A stretch of 64,000 bases of DNA, taken from the NCBI GenBank assembly GCA_016195085.1, contig JACQAG010000054.1, positions 7,045 to 71,044 of the forward strand, in the 5' to 3' direction. A model generated the notes under the pieces. It did no database searches. It had not been told where the DNA came from and saw nothing but the letters and a program-made list of their open reading frames with translations. A program made the position numbers and the translations under genes. Positions 45,793 to 55,047 of this stretch are shown piece by piece. The stretch comes from Pseudomonadota bacterium. GTDB taxonomy: Bacteria > Pseudomonadota > Alphaproteobacteria > SHVZ01. The number at the start of each line of letters is the position of its first letter. Position 1 is the first letter of the stretch.

Positions 45793-47981
45793 GCGGTACC
45801 GATCAGGTCTTTCAGGCGGCGTTCGCCTTGCACCAGGCCGGTCGCCTGGCGGAGGCGGAGGCGCTGTACGGGCATCTCTTGAGCCGCGAACCCAACCACG
45901 CCGAGGCGCTGCATTTCTCGGGCGTGCTGGCGCTGTCGGCGGGACGCCCGGACGAGGCCGTCCGGCGCATCGCCCGCGCCCTCGAGCTGGCGCCGGAAGC
46001 GGCCGATGCCCATGCCCATCTGGGTCTCGCCTTCAAAGCGGTCAGCCGCCTTGAGGAGGCGCGCGCCAGTCTCGAGACCGCCGTCCGCCTGGATCCGACC
46101 GATGCCGGCAAGCACAACAATTTGGGCGTGGTCTTGCGCGCCGCCGGCGAACCGATGGCCCCTCGCTCATTTCGCAGAGCGCTCGTCTTCGATCCCGGAT
46201 TTGCCGAGGCCCACAACAACCTCGGCAATGCCGCGCACGACCTGCATGATCTCGACCAGGCCGCCGCCCGCCTCGCGCGAGCCGTCGCGCTGCGGCCCGG
46301 CTATGCCGATGCCTTGCGCAATCTCGGCACCGTGCTCGCCGCCGGCGGCGCGTTGCAGCGGGCGGTTACGGCGTATATGCGCGCGCTCGAGCTCAAACCC
46401 GATCAGCTCGATACCATCCACAATTTGGGCGCGACACTTCTGTCGCTCGACCGGGTCGAGGCGGCGCTCGCCTGCTTTCGGCGTGAAGCGGCCTCGCGCC
46501 CTGGCGAGGCCGGGGCGTGGGGCAGCCTCGGCGCCGCCGAAAAGGCCCAGGGCCGCATCGGCCGGGCGATCGTCCAGCATCGCAGGGCGCTCGCGATCGA
46601 TGGCGACGACGCCTCTTCGGTCAACAATTTGGCCGATGCTCTTCAGGCGCTGGGCGATGTCACGGCGGCGGCAAGGCAGTTTCGGCGTGCAATCCAGCTT
46701 CGTCCAAAAGATCAAGATATGAACAGCAATCTATTGTTTTGTTTGTGTTACGACGCAGGCACAAGCAACGCTGGGCTCTTTGCCGAGGCGCGGCAATGGG
46801 AGTCCCGGCACGCCGCTCCCCATTACGCGCGCACCCGGACCCACGCCAACCGGGCCGAGCCCGAGCGCCTGCTCAATCTTGGCTATGTTTCGGCAGATTT
46901 CCGCGACCATCCGGTCGGCCGCAATGTCCTTGGTCTCCTCCAACACCACGACCGCCAGGAGATCCGGGTCCATTGCTATGCCGAGCAGCGACTGGCCATC
47001 GATGCCCTGACTGAGCGCTTTCGCGCGCTGTCGCCGTGCTGGCGCGCGACCACGGGGCTTCCCGATGAGGCGATCGCCGCCCTCATCGGCAAGGACCAAA
47101 TCGATATCCTCGTGCTGCTGGCTGGGCATACCGGGCACAACCGGCTCGGCGTGGCCGCCCATCGGCCGGCGCCGGTGCAGGTGAGCTTCCATGACGTGAC
47201 GACGAGCGGCCTCGGCGTCATGGATGCCTGGCTCACCGACGCCGTCCTCCATCCCGACGACAGCACCGAGGCGTTCACCGAAGCCCTGGTGCGGCTCCCA
47301 TGCTTTTACCTGCATCGACCGCCTGATCCCTCGCCGGCGGTCGCGCCGCCGCCGCATCTGAGCACCGGCCGGATCACCTTCGGCTCATGCAACAATCCGG
47401 CGAAGCTGGGCGAGAGGGTGATCGAGACGTGGTCGGCGATCCTCAGATCGGTCCCGGGTGCGCGCCTGCTCTTGAAGTACGTCGATTGGTTCGCCGACCC
47501 GGCGGTGGCGGGGCGCATTGCCGGCATGTTTCAACGCCACGGGATCGGCCCGGAGCGACTCGATTTCCTTGGCGGCGATCTCAGGCGCGTGGAGCAGCTG
47601 GCGGTACTGCATCGGATCGACATTGCGCTCGATCCATTCCCCTTCAACGGCTCGACCACCACCTTCGAGGCGCTATGGATGGGGGTTCCGGTGGTGAGCC
47701 TCGCGGGCGGGCGCTTCGTCGGGCGCGTGGGGGCGAGCGTGTCGGCGCAGCTCGGCCTCGACGATTTGGTTGCCGCGACAACGGCGGACTACGTTCGGAT
47801 CGCCGTCGCCCTGGCAGCGGACCATGGCCGCCTGGCAAGGCTTCGAAGTGACCTGCGTCCTCGCCTGGCAGCCTCGCCGCTCTTGGATGCCCCGGCCTAT
47901 GCGCGATCCGTCGAGCAAGCCTATCGGGAGCTGTGGCGCACCTGGTGCGCCAACCGGCGGGGCGTCAGGCCCGCGGATTGA
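45789..47981 (+). CDS. TPR + GT41 glycosyltransferase #8
   Basis: GTGA-coupled start at 45789; GYVSADFRDHPVG, LAGHT, FGSCNNPAK, WRTWC. Confidence 0.9.
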   Translation: MSGTDQVFQAAFALHQAGRLAEAEALYGHLLSREPNHAEALHFSGVLALSAGRPDEAVRRIARALELAPEAADAHAHLGLAFKAVSRLEEARASLETAVRLDPTDAGKHNNLGVVLRAAGEPMAPRSFRRALVFDPGFAEAHNNLGNAAHDLHDLDQAAARLARAVALRPGYADALRNLGTVLAAGGALQRAVTAYMRALELKPDQLDTIHNLGATLLSLDRVEAALACFRREAASRPGEAGAWGSLGAAEKAQGRIGRAIVQHRRALAIDGDDASSVNNLADALQALGDVTAAARQFRRAIQLRPKDQDMNSNLLFCLCYDAGTSNAGLFAEARQWESRHAAPHYARTRTHANRAEPERLLNLGYVSADFRDHPVGRNVLGLLQHHDRQEIRVHCYAEQRLAIDALTERFRALSPCWRATTGLPDEAIAALIGKDQIDILVLLAGHTGHNRLGVAAHRPAPVQVSFHDVTTSGLGVMDAWLTDAVLHPDDSTEAFTEALVRLPCFYLHRPPDPSPAVAPPPHLSTGRITFGSCNNPAKLGERVIETWSAILRSVPGARLLLKYVDWFADPAVAGRIAGMFQRHGIGPERLDFLGGDLRRVEQLAVLHRIDIALDPFPFNGSTTTFEALWMGVPVVSLAGGRFVGRVGASVSAQLGLDDLVAATTADYVRIAVALAADHGRLARLRSDLRPRLAASPLLDAPAYARSVEQAYRELWRTWCANRRGVRPAD

Positions 47982-49875
47982 GGGCGGGCTCGGAACGCGC
48001 TCGGCACCATTCCCGCCATAATCCGCGACAGGCCGCTTCAAATTGGCGGGCATAGTCCCGGCCATCGGCAAGCGGAGAGGCGGCGATCTGTTGGCGCAAA
48101 TCCGCGCGGAGCCGGCGCAGGCGGCTCGGATCGCGAGCGAGCCCGACGGCAATCCGCACATAGGTCTCCGGGTCTCCGGCCACCAGCGTCTCTAGGCCGA
48201 CCCGGACCAGCATGCTGGCGCCCTGACGGGCGACCAAGGTGTTTCCTGCGAGCGTGACGATAGGCACGCCCATCCACAGGACTTCGGCGCTCGACAGGCC
48301 GCCGGTGAAGGGCAGAGGGTCGAGCGCGATGTCGACGCTACCCAGCGCCGCCAGATGGCCGCGGGCAGCGGGCACGCGGCCGAGATACCGGACCCGCTCC
48401 CGGTCGATACCGGCTTCGGCGAGGGAATAGGTCAACCGCCGCCTCGGCCCCGACTCGGAGAGCGCGATCGCCTTCACCAGCAAACGCGCCTCCGGCAGCG
48501 CATCCAGGATGCGCGCCCAAAGCGTTAGGGTCTCGGGCGTCAGCTTGGTAAGGTTGTTGAAGGAGCCGAGCGTCACATGTCCCGAGCGGTCAGCCGGCAA
48601 AGGCTCGACCGCCGGGGCGTCCTGTGGCGGCTCGAACACGGCAAAGCCGGCATCGAGGCGCAGGAGCCGGTCCTGGTCGGCATCAGCGCCATCGCCCGGC
48701 GGATCCAGCCAGCGGTCGGTGATCCTGGCGTCGATGGCGCTCAAGCCGGTCGCGGTCACGTGATTGAGGGCGGCGATCTGGATGGGGGCCTTGCGGCAGG
48801 CGAAGCGGCGCCGATCGCGGGCGAGGTAGCCGGTGACCGACACCATGATGTCGACGCCATCGGCGCGGGCGGCGGCGGCGACGGCGTCGTCGTCCAATCC
48901 GGCGATGTCGCGCCAACCGTCCGCCATGGCGCGCAGACGTTCGGTATCGTCATCCGGCCGCGCCACCTCGGCATAGCCCAGAACCCGGAACCGGTGGCGA
49001 TCATGGTGAGCCCACAGCGGGCGCAGTTGCATGAGGAATTGATGCCGCCTCAGGTCCGGAGAGAGGTAGGCGATGGTCAGTCGACGCTCGGGGTCGGCGG
49101 AATTGGCGAAGCTTGGTGCCGGCCCGCAATTCCTCTCGGCCATGCGCCCCCAACGGCGACTTGCCCGCGACTGCCGAGCGGCGTCGGATTCGGGCATGAA
49201 GCAAAGCGCGAAGATGAGGTTGCTGTGGGGATCATCGTCCTCGGGCTTCAGAGCGATGGCACGGTCATAGGCGCGGACCGCATCGGCAAAGCGGCCGCGA
49301 TCCCTGAGATGGTTGGCGCGGTTGAACCACGCCTCGGCATAGGCCGGCTCCAAGGCGAGCGCGCGGGCGAAGCGAGCCTCGGCGCGGTCGTCGTCGGCGA
49401 GTGCTGCCAGCGAGCCCAAGGCGAACCAGGCATCGGCATAGTTGAAATCGTGGGCGATCGTCCGCCACAAGGTGCGCTCGGCCGCGGCACCTTCTCCTTC
49501 GTCAACGAGCGCGCCGCCCAGATTGGTCAATATCGGCACCACCCCAGGAGCCAGCGCCACCGCCCGGCGGTAGGAGCCCGCGGCCTCCTCGCCTCGCCCG
49601 AGGCGCTTCAGCGCGTTGCCGAGATTGCTGTGGTAAAGCGCTTGATCGGAGGAGATTTGGATGGCGCGACCGATCAGGTCTATCGATTCGGCGGGACGGC
49701 CCATGTCGGAAAAGGCCACACCGAGGAGATGCAATGCATCGGCGTGCTGCTGCTCGCGCTGGAGAATCGCACGATAGAGTTGGGCCGCTTCGCCGATGCG
49801 CCCGGCGCCATGCAGGCTGATCGCTTGCGCCAGGATCTCGCTCACTAGCATCGGCCGGCGGGGCTCAGTCGACAT
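47965..49875 (-). CDS. TPR + GT41 glycosyltransferase #9 (divergent)
   Basis: TPRs; YLSPDLRRHQF, LGSFNNLTK, DPLPFTGGLSSAEVLWMG, WREWC; start could be 49851-49881; 3' end overlaps #8 by 17 bp. Confidence 0.87.
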   Translation of the reverse strand: MSTEPRRPMLVSEILAQAISLHGAGRIGEAAQLYRAILQREQQHADALHLLGVAFSDMGRPAESIDLIGRAIQISSDQALYHSNLGNALKRLGRGEEAAGSYRRAVALAPGVVPILTNLGGALVDEGEGAAAERTLWRTIAHDFNYADAWFALGSLAALADDDRAEARFARALALEPAYAEAWFNRANHLRDRGRFADAVRAYDRAIALKPEDDDPHSNLIFALCFMPESDAARQSRASRRWGRMAERNCGPAPSFANSADPERRLTIAYLSPDLRRHQFLMQLRPLWAHHDRHRFRVLGYAEVARPDDDTERLRAMADGWRDIAGLDDDAVAAAARADGVDIMVSVTGYLARDRRRFACRKAPIQIAALNHVTATGLSAIDARITDRWLDPPGDGADADQDRLLRLDAGFAVFEPPQDAPAVEPLPADRSGHVTLGSFNNLTKLTPETLTLWARILDALPEARLLVKAIALSESGPRRRLTYSLAEAGIDRERVRYLGRVPAARGHLAALGSVDIALDPLPFTGGLSSAEVLWMGVPIVTLAGNTLVARQGASMLVRVGLETLVAGDPETYVRIAVGLARDPSRLRRLRADLRQQIAASPLADGRDYARQFEAACRGLWREWCRARSEPALNPRA

Positions 49876-49925
49876 GGGCAAAGGCCCCTGGATCTGCGCG
49901 CCCCAACCGGCTAAACCCTAGGCCG

Positions 49926-50918
49926 ATGTCGATTTTTACCGGCAAGAACGTGCTCGTCACCGGCGGCACCGGCCTCATCGGTCGCCCGTTGGTGGAAATG
50001 CTGCTTGCCGAGCGGGCGGCGGTGCGCGTCGCCTCGCTCGACGATCCATCACGGGTGGTGCCGGGGGCCGAGTTTCGTCGTCTCGACCTTACGGTGCTCG
50101 ACAATTGCCTCGAGGCTTGCCGCGACATCGATCATGTCTTTCATCTTGCCGGCATCAAAGGCTCGCCGGCAATGACGCATTCCCGGCCGGCCAGCTTCTT
50201 CTTCCCGACGATCTCGTTCAACACCAACATGATGGAGGCGGCGCGCCGGTGTGCCGTCGAGCGCTATCTCTTCACCTCCACCGTCGGCGTCTATTCCCCG
50301 GCGGAGGTGATGCACGAGGACGATGTCTGGCGGAGCTTCCCCTCGCCGAACGATCGCTTCGCCGGATGGGCGAAGCGCATGGGCGAGCTGCAGGCGGAGG
50401 CTTATGCGCTCGAATATGGCTGGGACAAGATCGGCATCGTGCGGCCGCCCAACGTCTATGGACCGTTCGACAACTTCGATCCCGAGGGCGGCATGGTCGT
50501 GCCCTCGCTCATTCGCCGCGCCGTCGACGGCGAGCGGCCGCTGACGGTCTGGGGCGACGGCACGCCGGTGCGCGACTTCATCCATGCCCGCGACGTGGCC
50601 CGCGGCATGCTGGTTGTGATGGAGAAGGGACTCGGCCCTCCGGTCAATCTCGGCTCCGGGACCGGAACCTCGATTCGCCGGCTGGTCGAGGTCGTGGTCG
50701 CCGCGCTGGGCGAGCCCTGCGAGGTCGCGTGGGATACCAGCAAGCCGGCAGGCGACCGCATGCGGGTGCTGGACGTCGCGCGCGCGCGCGCGATCGGCTT
50801 TGAGGCGGAGGTCTCGATCGAGGACGGTATCGCCGAGACCCTGGCTTGGTACCGAGCCAACCGCGCCGGTCTGCCCAAAAGGTACGACGTGTTCAAGGAT
50901 CAAGTCTTCCGGCCCTGA
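49926..50918 (+). CDS. NAD(P)-dependent epimerase/reductase (paralog of 29921-30910)
   Basis: TGGTGLIG, FHLAG, RPPNVYGPFDNF, VWGDGTPVRDF; AGWAK in place of YxxxK. Confidence 0.9.
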   Translation: MSIFTGKNVLVTGGTGLIGRPLVEMLLAERAAVRVASLDDPSRVVPGAEFRRLDLTVLDNCLEACRDIDHVFHLAGIKGSPAMTHSRPASFFFPTISFNTNMMEAARRCAVERYLFTSTVGVYSPAEVMHEDDVWRSFPSPNDRFAGWAKRMGELQAEAYALEYGWDKIGIVRPPNVYGPFDNFDPEGGMVVPSLIRRAVDGERPLTVWGDGTPVRDFIHARDVARGMLVVMEKGLGPPVNLGSGTGTSIRRLVEVVVAALGEPCEVAWDTSKPAGDRMRVLDVARARAIGFEAEVSIEDGIAETLAWYRANRAGLPKRYDVFKDQVFRP

Positions 50919-51016
50919 CGTCGTGCGCATACCTGACATGCTGCGACGGTCATGGAATGTCTCAAATGGTGTTACCAATTGCCATCCTGTCGGGGGCCAA
51001 GACAGGAGCGATCGTC

Positions 51017-51271
51017 ATGAGCAGGAATATGGTGTTTGCGACCGTCGCGGCGGCATTTCTCGGCCTTGTCGGGCCGGCCGTCGCAGGCGATCCGCCTACG
51101 GCGGATACGACCGTGACCTTCCAGTGCCCGGGAGAATCGCCGCAGCAGTTCCACTACTACGGCTCTCGCGCAGGACGCAGCGACGAAACCGCCAAATTGG
51201 AGGCCCAGTGGTACTGGAACCGGACGCGAGCCGATCATGGAGCAGGCTGCACGATCCTCAGCCCAAAATAG
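51017..51271 (+). CDS. Small hypothetical exported protein (84 aa)
   Basis: AGGAG RBS, ATG 51017, signal-peptide-like MSRNMVFATVAAAFLGLVGPAVA, two Cys; fills an otherwise empty gap. Confidence 0.65.
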   Translation: MSRNMVFATVAAAFLGLVGPAVAGDPPTADTTVTFQCPGESPQQFHYYGSRAGRSDETAKLEAQWYWNRTRADHGAGCTILSPK

Positions 51272-51296
51272 CTATCGGACGCCGCCGCGCCGCATC

Positions 51297-52301
51297 CTAG
51301 TCGTCGACCTGCCCATCGGGCTCGTAGACGATGATGCGGCTGCCGGCGGCGCCGATCCCGACGGGGACGTGGATGAGCCGGCTCAAACGGTCGGTGACCG
51401 CCGCGCGCTTGCCGGGCTCGACGAGGAAAGCCATGAAGCCGCCGCCGCCGGCGCCGAGGAGCTTGCCGCCGGTGGCGCCAGCGGCCATCGCCGCCTCGTA
51501 GATCTCGTCGATATGCGCGTTGGACACGCTGTCGGCGAGCTCGCGCTTCAGCCGCCAGCCCTCGTGCAGGAGCCGGCCCAGCTCCGTCATCTTGCGCATC
51601 GGGTTCGTCAAGATCGCCTCGGCCTCGTCCACCATCTGGGTCATGGTGCGCAGCTGGGTGGCACGCTTGTCGAGATTGGCGATCTTCTCCCTGGCGATGT
51701 CGGTCGAATAGCGCGAAACGCCGGTGAAGAACAGCAGCAGCCCTTGCTCGAGCTCCTGGCGCTTCACGTCGGGGATGACGATCGGCCGCACCTCGAAGCG
51801 CCCGTCGGTGCCGAAATTGATGCGCGCGAGGCCGCCATAGGCGGCCCAGATCTGGTCCTGGCTGCCGACGCTCTCGCCGATGATTTCCTGCTCGATGCGG
51901 ATCGTCTCTTCCGCAAGCTTGCGCTTGGTGATCATCTTGCCTTGCAAGGCGAAGAGCGCGTTGAGCAGCCCGGCGGTGAAGGACGAGCTGGATCCGAGGC
52001 CGGAGCGCGCCGGCAGATCGCCATCATGGTGGATCTCGATGCCGGACTCGAACGGGTGCTCCTGCAGGACGGCGCGCACCGAGGGATGGACGATGTCGTC
52101 GATGGCCTTCACCAGCTCGATGCGGGCGTAGACGATCCGGTGCTTGTGCTCGAAGAACGGCGGCAGCGGCCTGACGGTGATGTAGCAGTATTTGTTGATG
52201 GCCGTTCCCAGCACGGCGCCCCCGTGCTCCCGGTACCATCTCGGATAGTCCGTACCGCCTCCGAACAGAGATACGCGGAACGGGGTGCGACTGATGATCA
52301 T
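51297..52301 (-). CDS. hddA: GHMP sugar kinase, D-glycero-alpha-D-manno-heptose-7-phosphate kinase-like
   Basis: MIISRTPFRVSLFGGGTDYP, PARSGLGSSS, GSQDQ, GGKLLGAGGGGF; ATGA overlap with the upstream gene. Confidence 0.85.
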   Translation of the reverse strand: MIISRTPFRVSLFGGGTDYPRWYREHGGAVLGTAINKYCYITVRPLPPFFEHKHRIVYARIELVKAIDDIVHPSVRAVLQEHPFESGIEIHHDGDLPARSGLGSSSSFTAGLLNALFALQGKMITKRKLAEETIRIEQEIIGESVGSQDQIWAAYGGLARINFGTDGRFEVRPIVIPDVKRQELEQGLLLFFTGVSRYSTDIAREKIANLDKRATQLRTMTQMVDEAEAILTNPMRKMTELGRLLHEGWRLKRELADSVSNAHIDEIYEAAMAAGATGGKLLGAGGGGFMAFLVEPGKRAAVTDRLSRLIHVPVGIGAAGSRIIVYEPDGQVDD

Positions 52302-53041
52302 GAGTCCTCGCCGACCGGACGCCGGGATTCCCGGAAGAACGCGGTCGCTCCCGACAGGCTTTCGGGCGTGCCGATGTCGATGAATGCCCCCTGGCGCACC
52401 ACCGCATGTAGCGCACTTGGCTGGAGCTTTTCCAGGAAATCCCGCTCGAGCGACGGACCATCGCTGCCGGCCAGGCGATCCAGCGCCTGCCGTCCGAAGC
52501 AGTACAGCCCGGCATTGATGAGAGCGGGGCCCGCGCTGGACGGATCCTTCTCGACGAAGCGCTCGACATTGCCCTGGCGGCCCACGATCACGCGGCCGTA
52601 GCGTCTGGCGTCGGCGACCTCCACGCACAGCATCGAGGCTTCGGCGCCGCTCTTTTGATGCTCGCTCACCACACCCGCCAGCTCGACCTCGACGGCGCTG
52701 TCGCCATTCAACACCAGCACCGGATCGGAATGGAGCTGCTTCATGGCGAATCTGAGCGCGCCAGCGGTTCCCAGCGGCGCCGGCTCGACCACGGGGATGA
52801 CGGACAGGCGATCCGGCGCTCTGCCGCTCAGATGCGCCAGAACACGCTCGGCCAGGTGGCCGAGGCAGAGCACGACCCGTTCGAGCCCGGCTGCTTCGAG
52901 CCGGACGAGCAACAAATCGAGAAAGGTGGTGCCACCGATCGGCGCCAGGACTTTCGGTGTGCTGCCGAGCACGCCCGCGATGCGGGTGCCCTGGCCCCCG
53001 GCGAGCACCACCGCGTCGATCTTGGCTAAGGTCCCGGGCAT
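52298..53041 (-). CDS. hddC: Sugar-1-phosphate guanylyltransferase (HddC-like)
   Basis: VLAGGQGTR, PKVLAP, EPAPLGTAGA, NGDS, INAGLY, FIDIGTPE; coupled to hddA. Confidence 0.8.
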   Translation of the reverse strand: MPGTLAKIDAVVLAGGQGTRIAGVLGSTPKVLAPIGGTTFLDLLLVRLEAAGLERVVLCLGHLAERVLAHLSGRAPDRLSVIPVVEPAPLGTAGALRFAMKQLHSDPVLVLNGDSAVEVELAGVVSEHQKSGAEASMLCVEVADARRYGRVIVGRQGNVERFVEKDPSSAGPALINAGLYCFGRQALDRLAGSDGPSLERDFLEKLQPSALHAVVRQGAFIDIGTPESLSGATAFFRESRRPVGEDS

Positions 53042-53075
53042 GGTCCTGAAGCCGTTGCGCCCGGCATGAGCCCGT

Positions 53076-54029
53076 TCACGCGGCGCGGCGGACGGTCTCA
53101 CGATACCAGCCGTGAGTCCGTCCGAGACCCGTGTCGAGATCGGTCCGGGGTTTCCAGCCCATGGCGGCCAGGCGCGAGCCTTCGAGGCGTTTCAGCGGCA
53201 TGCCGTCGGGCTTGTCGGCGAGGTATCGGAATTCGCCATGATAGCCGATCACGGCGGCGATGCGGCTCGCGAGCTCGGCGATCGACACGTCCTCGCCCAG
53301 GCCGAGATTGATGACGCGCTCATTGCTGTATCGTTCCATGAGGAAGACGAGGCCGTCGGCGGCATCGTCGACGTAGAGGAACTCCCGCCTTGGCGTGCCC
53401 GTGCCCCAGATCTCCACCGGACCGCCGGACGACGTCGCCGCATCGACCTTGCGGATCAGCGCCGGCACGACATGGCTGGAGCCGAGATCGAAGTTGTCGC
53501 CGGGACCGTAGAGGTTGGTCGGAATGACGGCGATGAAATCCTTGCCATGCTGGCGGCGATAGGCCTGGCAGAGCTTGATGCCGGCGATCTTGGCCACCGC
53601 ATACCACTCATTCGTCGGCTCGAGCGGACCAGTGAGCAGCGCCTCCTCACGCATGGGCTGGGCGCAGAGCCTCGGATAGACGCAAGATGAACCGAGGAAC
53701 ATCAGCTTGGCGACCCCAGCCTTGGCCGCAGCATGGATGACGTTCGCCTCGATCGCCAGGTTGTCGTAGAGAAACTCCGCCGGCCGGCTGTCATTGGCGA
53801 GGATGCCGCCGACGACGGCGGCGGCGAGAATGATCGCGTCGGGCCGCATCTCGGCGAGCCATGCCTCGACCGCCGCCTGCTGCCTCAAATCGAGCGCCGC
53901 CCGCTCGACCGTCAAGACCGTCGCGCCGTCGGCCGCCAGCCGGCGCGCCAGCGCCGCGCCGACCATGCCCTTGTGTCCGGCGACCCAGACGCGCTTGTGG
54001 GCGAGGGGGAACAACGTGCCTGCCGCCAT
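53076..54029 (-). CDS. fcl: GDP-L-fucose synthase-like epimerase/reductase (Fcl/WcaG/ColC family)
   Basis: VAGHKGMVG, VGGILAN, LGSSCVYP, LEPTNEWYAVAK, PTNLYGPGDNF..SHV.PAL, WGTGTPRREF. Confidence 0.92.
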   Translation of the reverse strand: MAAGTLFPLAHKRVWVAGHKGMVGAALARRLAADGATVLTVERAALDLRQQAAVEAWLAEMRPDAIILAAAVVGGILANDSRPAEFLYDNLAIEANVIHAAAKAGVAKLMFLGSSCVYPRLCAQPMREEALLTGPLEPTNEWYAVAKIAGIKLCQAYRRQHGKDFIAVIPTNLYGPGDNFDLGSSHVVPALIRKVDAATSSGGPVEIWGTGTPRREFLYVDDAADGLVFLMERYSNERVINLGLGEDVSIAELASRIAAVIGYHGEFRYLADKPDGMPLKRLEGSRLAAMGWKPRTDLDTGLGRTHGWYRETVRRAA

Positions 54030-54039
54030 GGTCCTGGCC

Positions 54040-54984
54040 TCAGACGTTCGAGTACACCGAGTTCTGCAGCATGGTGTAGCCCTTGATCATCTCCTTGATG
54101 CCGTCGTCGAGGCTGTATTTCGGCCGGAAGCCAGTCTGCTCGATCTTGGCGTTGGAGACGATGTAGTCGCGCTTGTCCGGATCTTCACCGATTGGCGCCT
54201 CGAGAAAGACGAACTTGGGCAGATGCGTGCGAATGCGCTCGCACAGCTCCAGCTTCGACAAATTCGCATCCGACAGGCCGACATTATAGGCCTGGTCGCG
54301 CATCTCCTCGAAATTGGCGAGCCCGTGCAGGAAGGTGCGGGCGACGTCGCGGACGTGGATAAAGTTGCGCTTGAAGTGCGGCTCGAACAGCACCACCGCG
54401 CGGTCGTTGAGGGCGCGATAGACGAAGTCATTGACCAGGAGGTCGATACGCATGCGCGGGCTCATGCCGAACACAGTGGCGAGCCGGAAGCTGATGGCGT
54501 TCCCGTGCTCGAGCGCGATCGCCTCCGCCTCGACCTTGGTACGGCCATAGAGGGAGATGGGGTTGAGCGAGTCGTTCTCGGTGATCGCCTTGCCCTTCTG
54601 GCCGATGCCATAGCCGGAATTGGTGATCGGCATCAGCAGGCGCTGGCCGCGGCTCATCAGCTTCGTCAGGCTGGCGATGGCGTCGCGGTTGACGCTGACG
54701 GCACCGATCTTGTCGCGGTCGCAAAGCGGGGCGCCAACCAAGGCGGCGAGCGGAATTACCACGTCGGCCTGCTTCAGGAGCGGCTTCAGGGTCGCCTCGT
54801 CGCGCGCATCGCCGCGGACCACCGAAAAGTTCGGATCGGCGCACACGTGGTTGAGCGAATTCTGCTTGAACAGGAAATTATCGATCACGGCGACTCGATG
54901 GCCGTCGGCCAGGAGTGCCGGCACCAGCGTGGATCCGAGATAGCCGGCGCCGCCGGTCACGACGATCGAGTAGGTCTGAGCCAT
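54040..54984 (-). CDS. NAD-dependent sugar epimerase/dehydratase/reductase (extended SDR)
   Basis: TGGAGYLG, LAALVGAPLC, YGRTK (YxxxK), RLATVFGMSPRMRIDLLVN. Confidence 0.88.
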   Translation of the reverse strand: MAQTYSIVVTGGAGYLGSTLVPALLADGHRVAVIDNFLFKQNSLNHVCADPNFSVVRGDARDEATLKPLLKQADVVIPLAALVGAPLCDRDKIGAVSVNRDAIASLTKLMSRGQRLLMPITNSGYGIGQKGKAITENDSLNPISLYGRTKVEAEAIALEHGNAISFRLATVFGMSPRMRIDLLVNDFVYRALNDRAVVLFEPHFKRNFIHVRDVARTFLHGLANFEEMRDQAYNVGLSDANLSKLELCERIRTHLPKFVFLEAPIGEDPDKRDYIVSNAKIEQTGFRPKYSLDDGIKEMIKGYTMLQNSVYSNV

Positions 54985-55047
54985 GCGCGCAATCCTAGCA
55001 GATTCGCCTTGGGGAGGGACGCCTCAGGCGCCGTCTGCGTCGCTGCG

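Noticed and set aside
36540..47981. GT41 array as an assembly artefact, DGR target set or CRISPR-like repeat
   Set aside because: Shared blocks (such as the DPFPFNGSTT codons) differ at many synonymous sites, indicating older duplications; no reverse transcriptase, adenine-specific variant pair or regularly spaced repeats are visible
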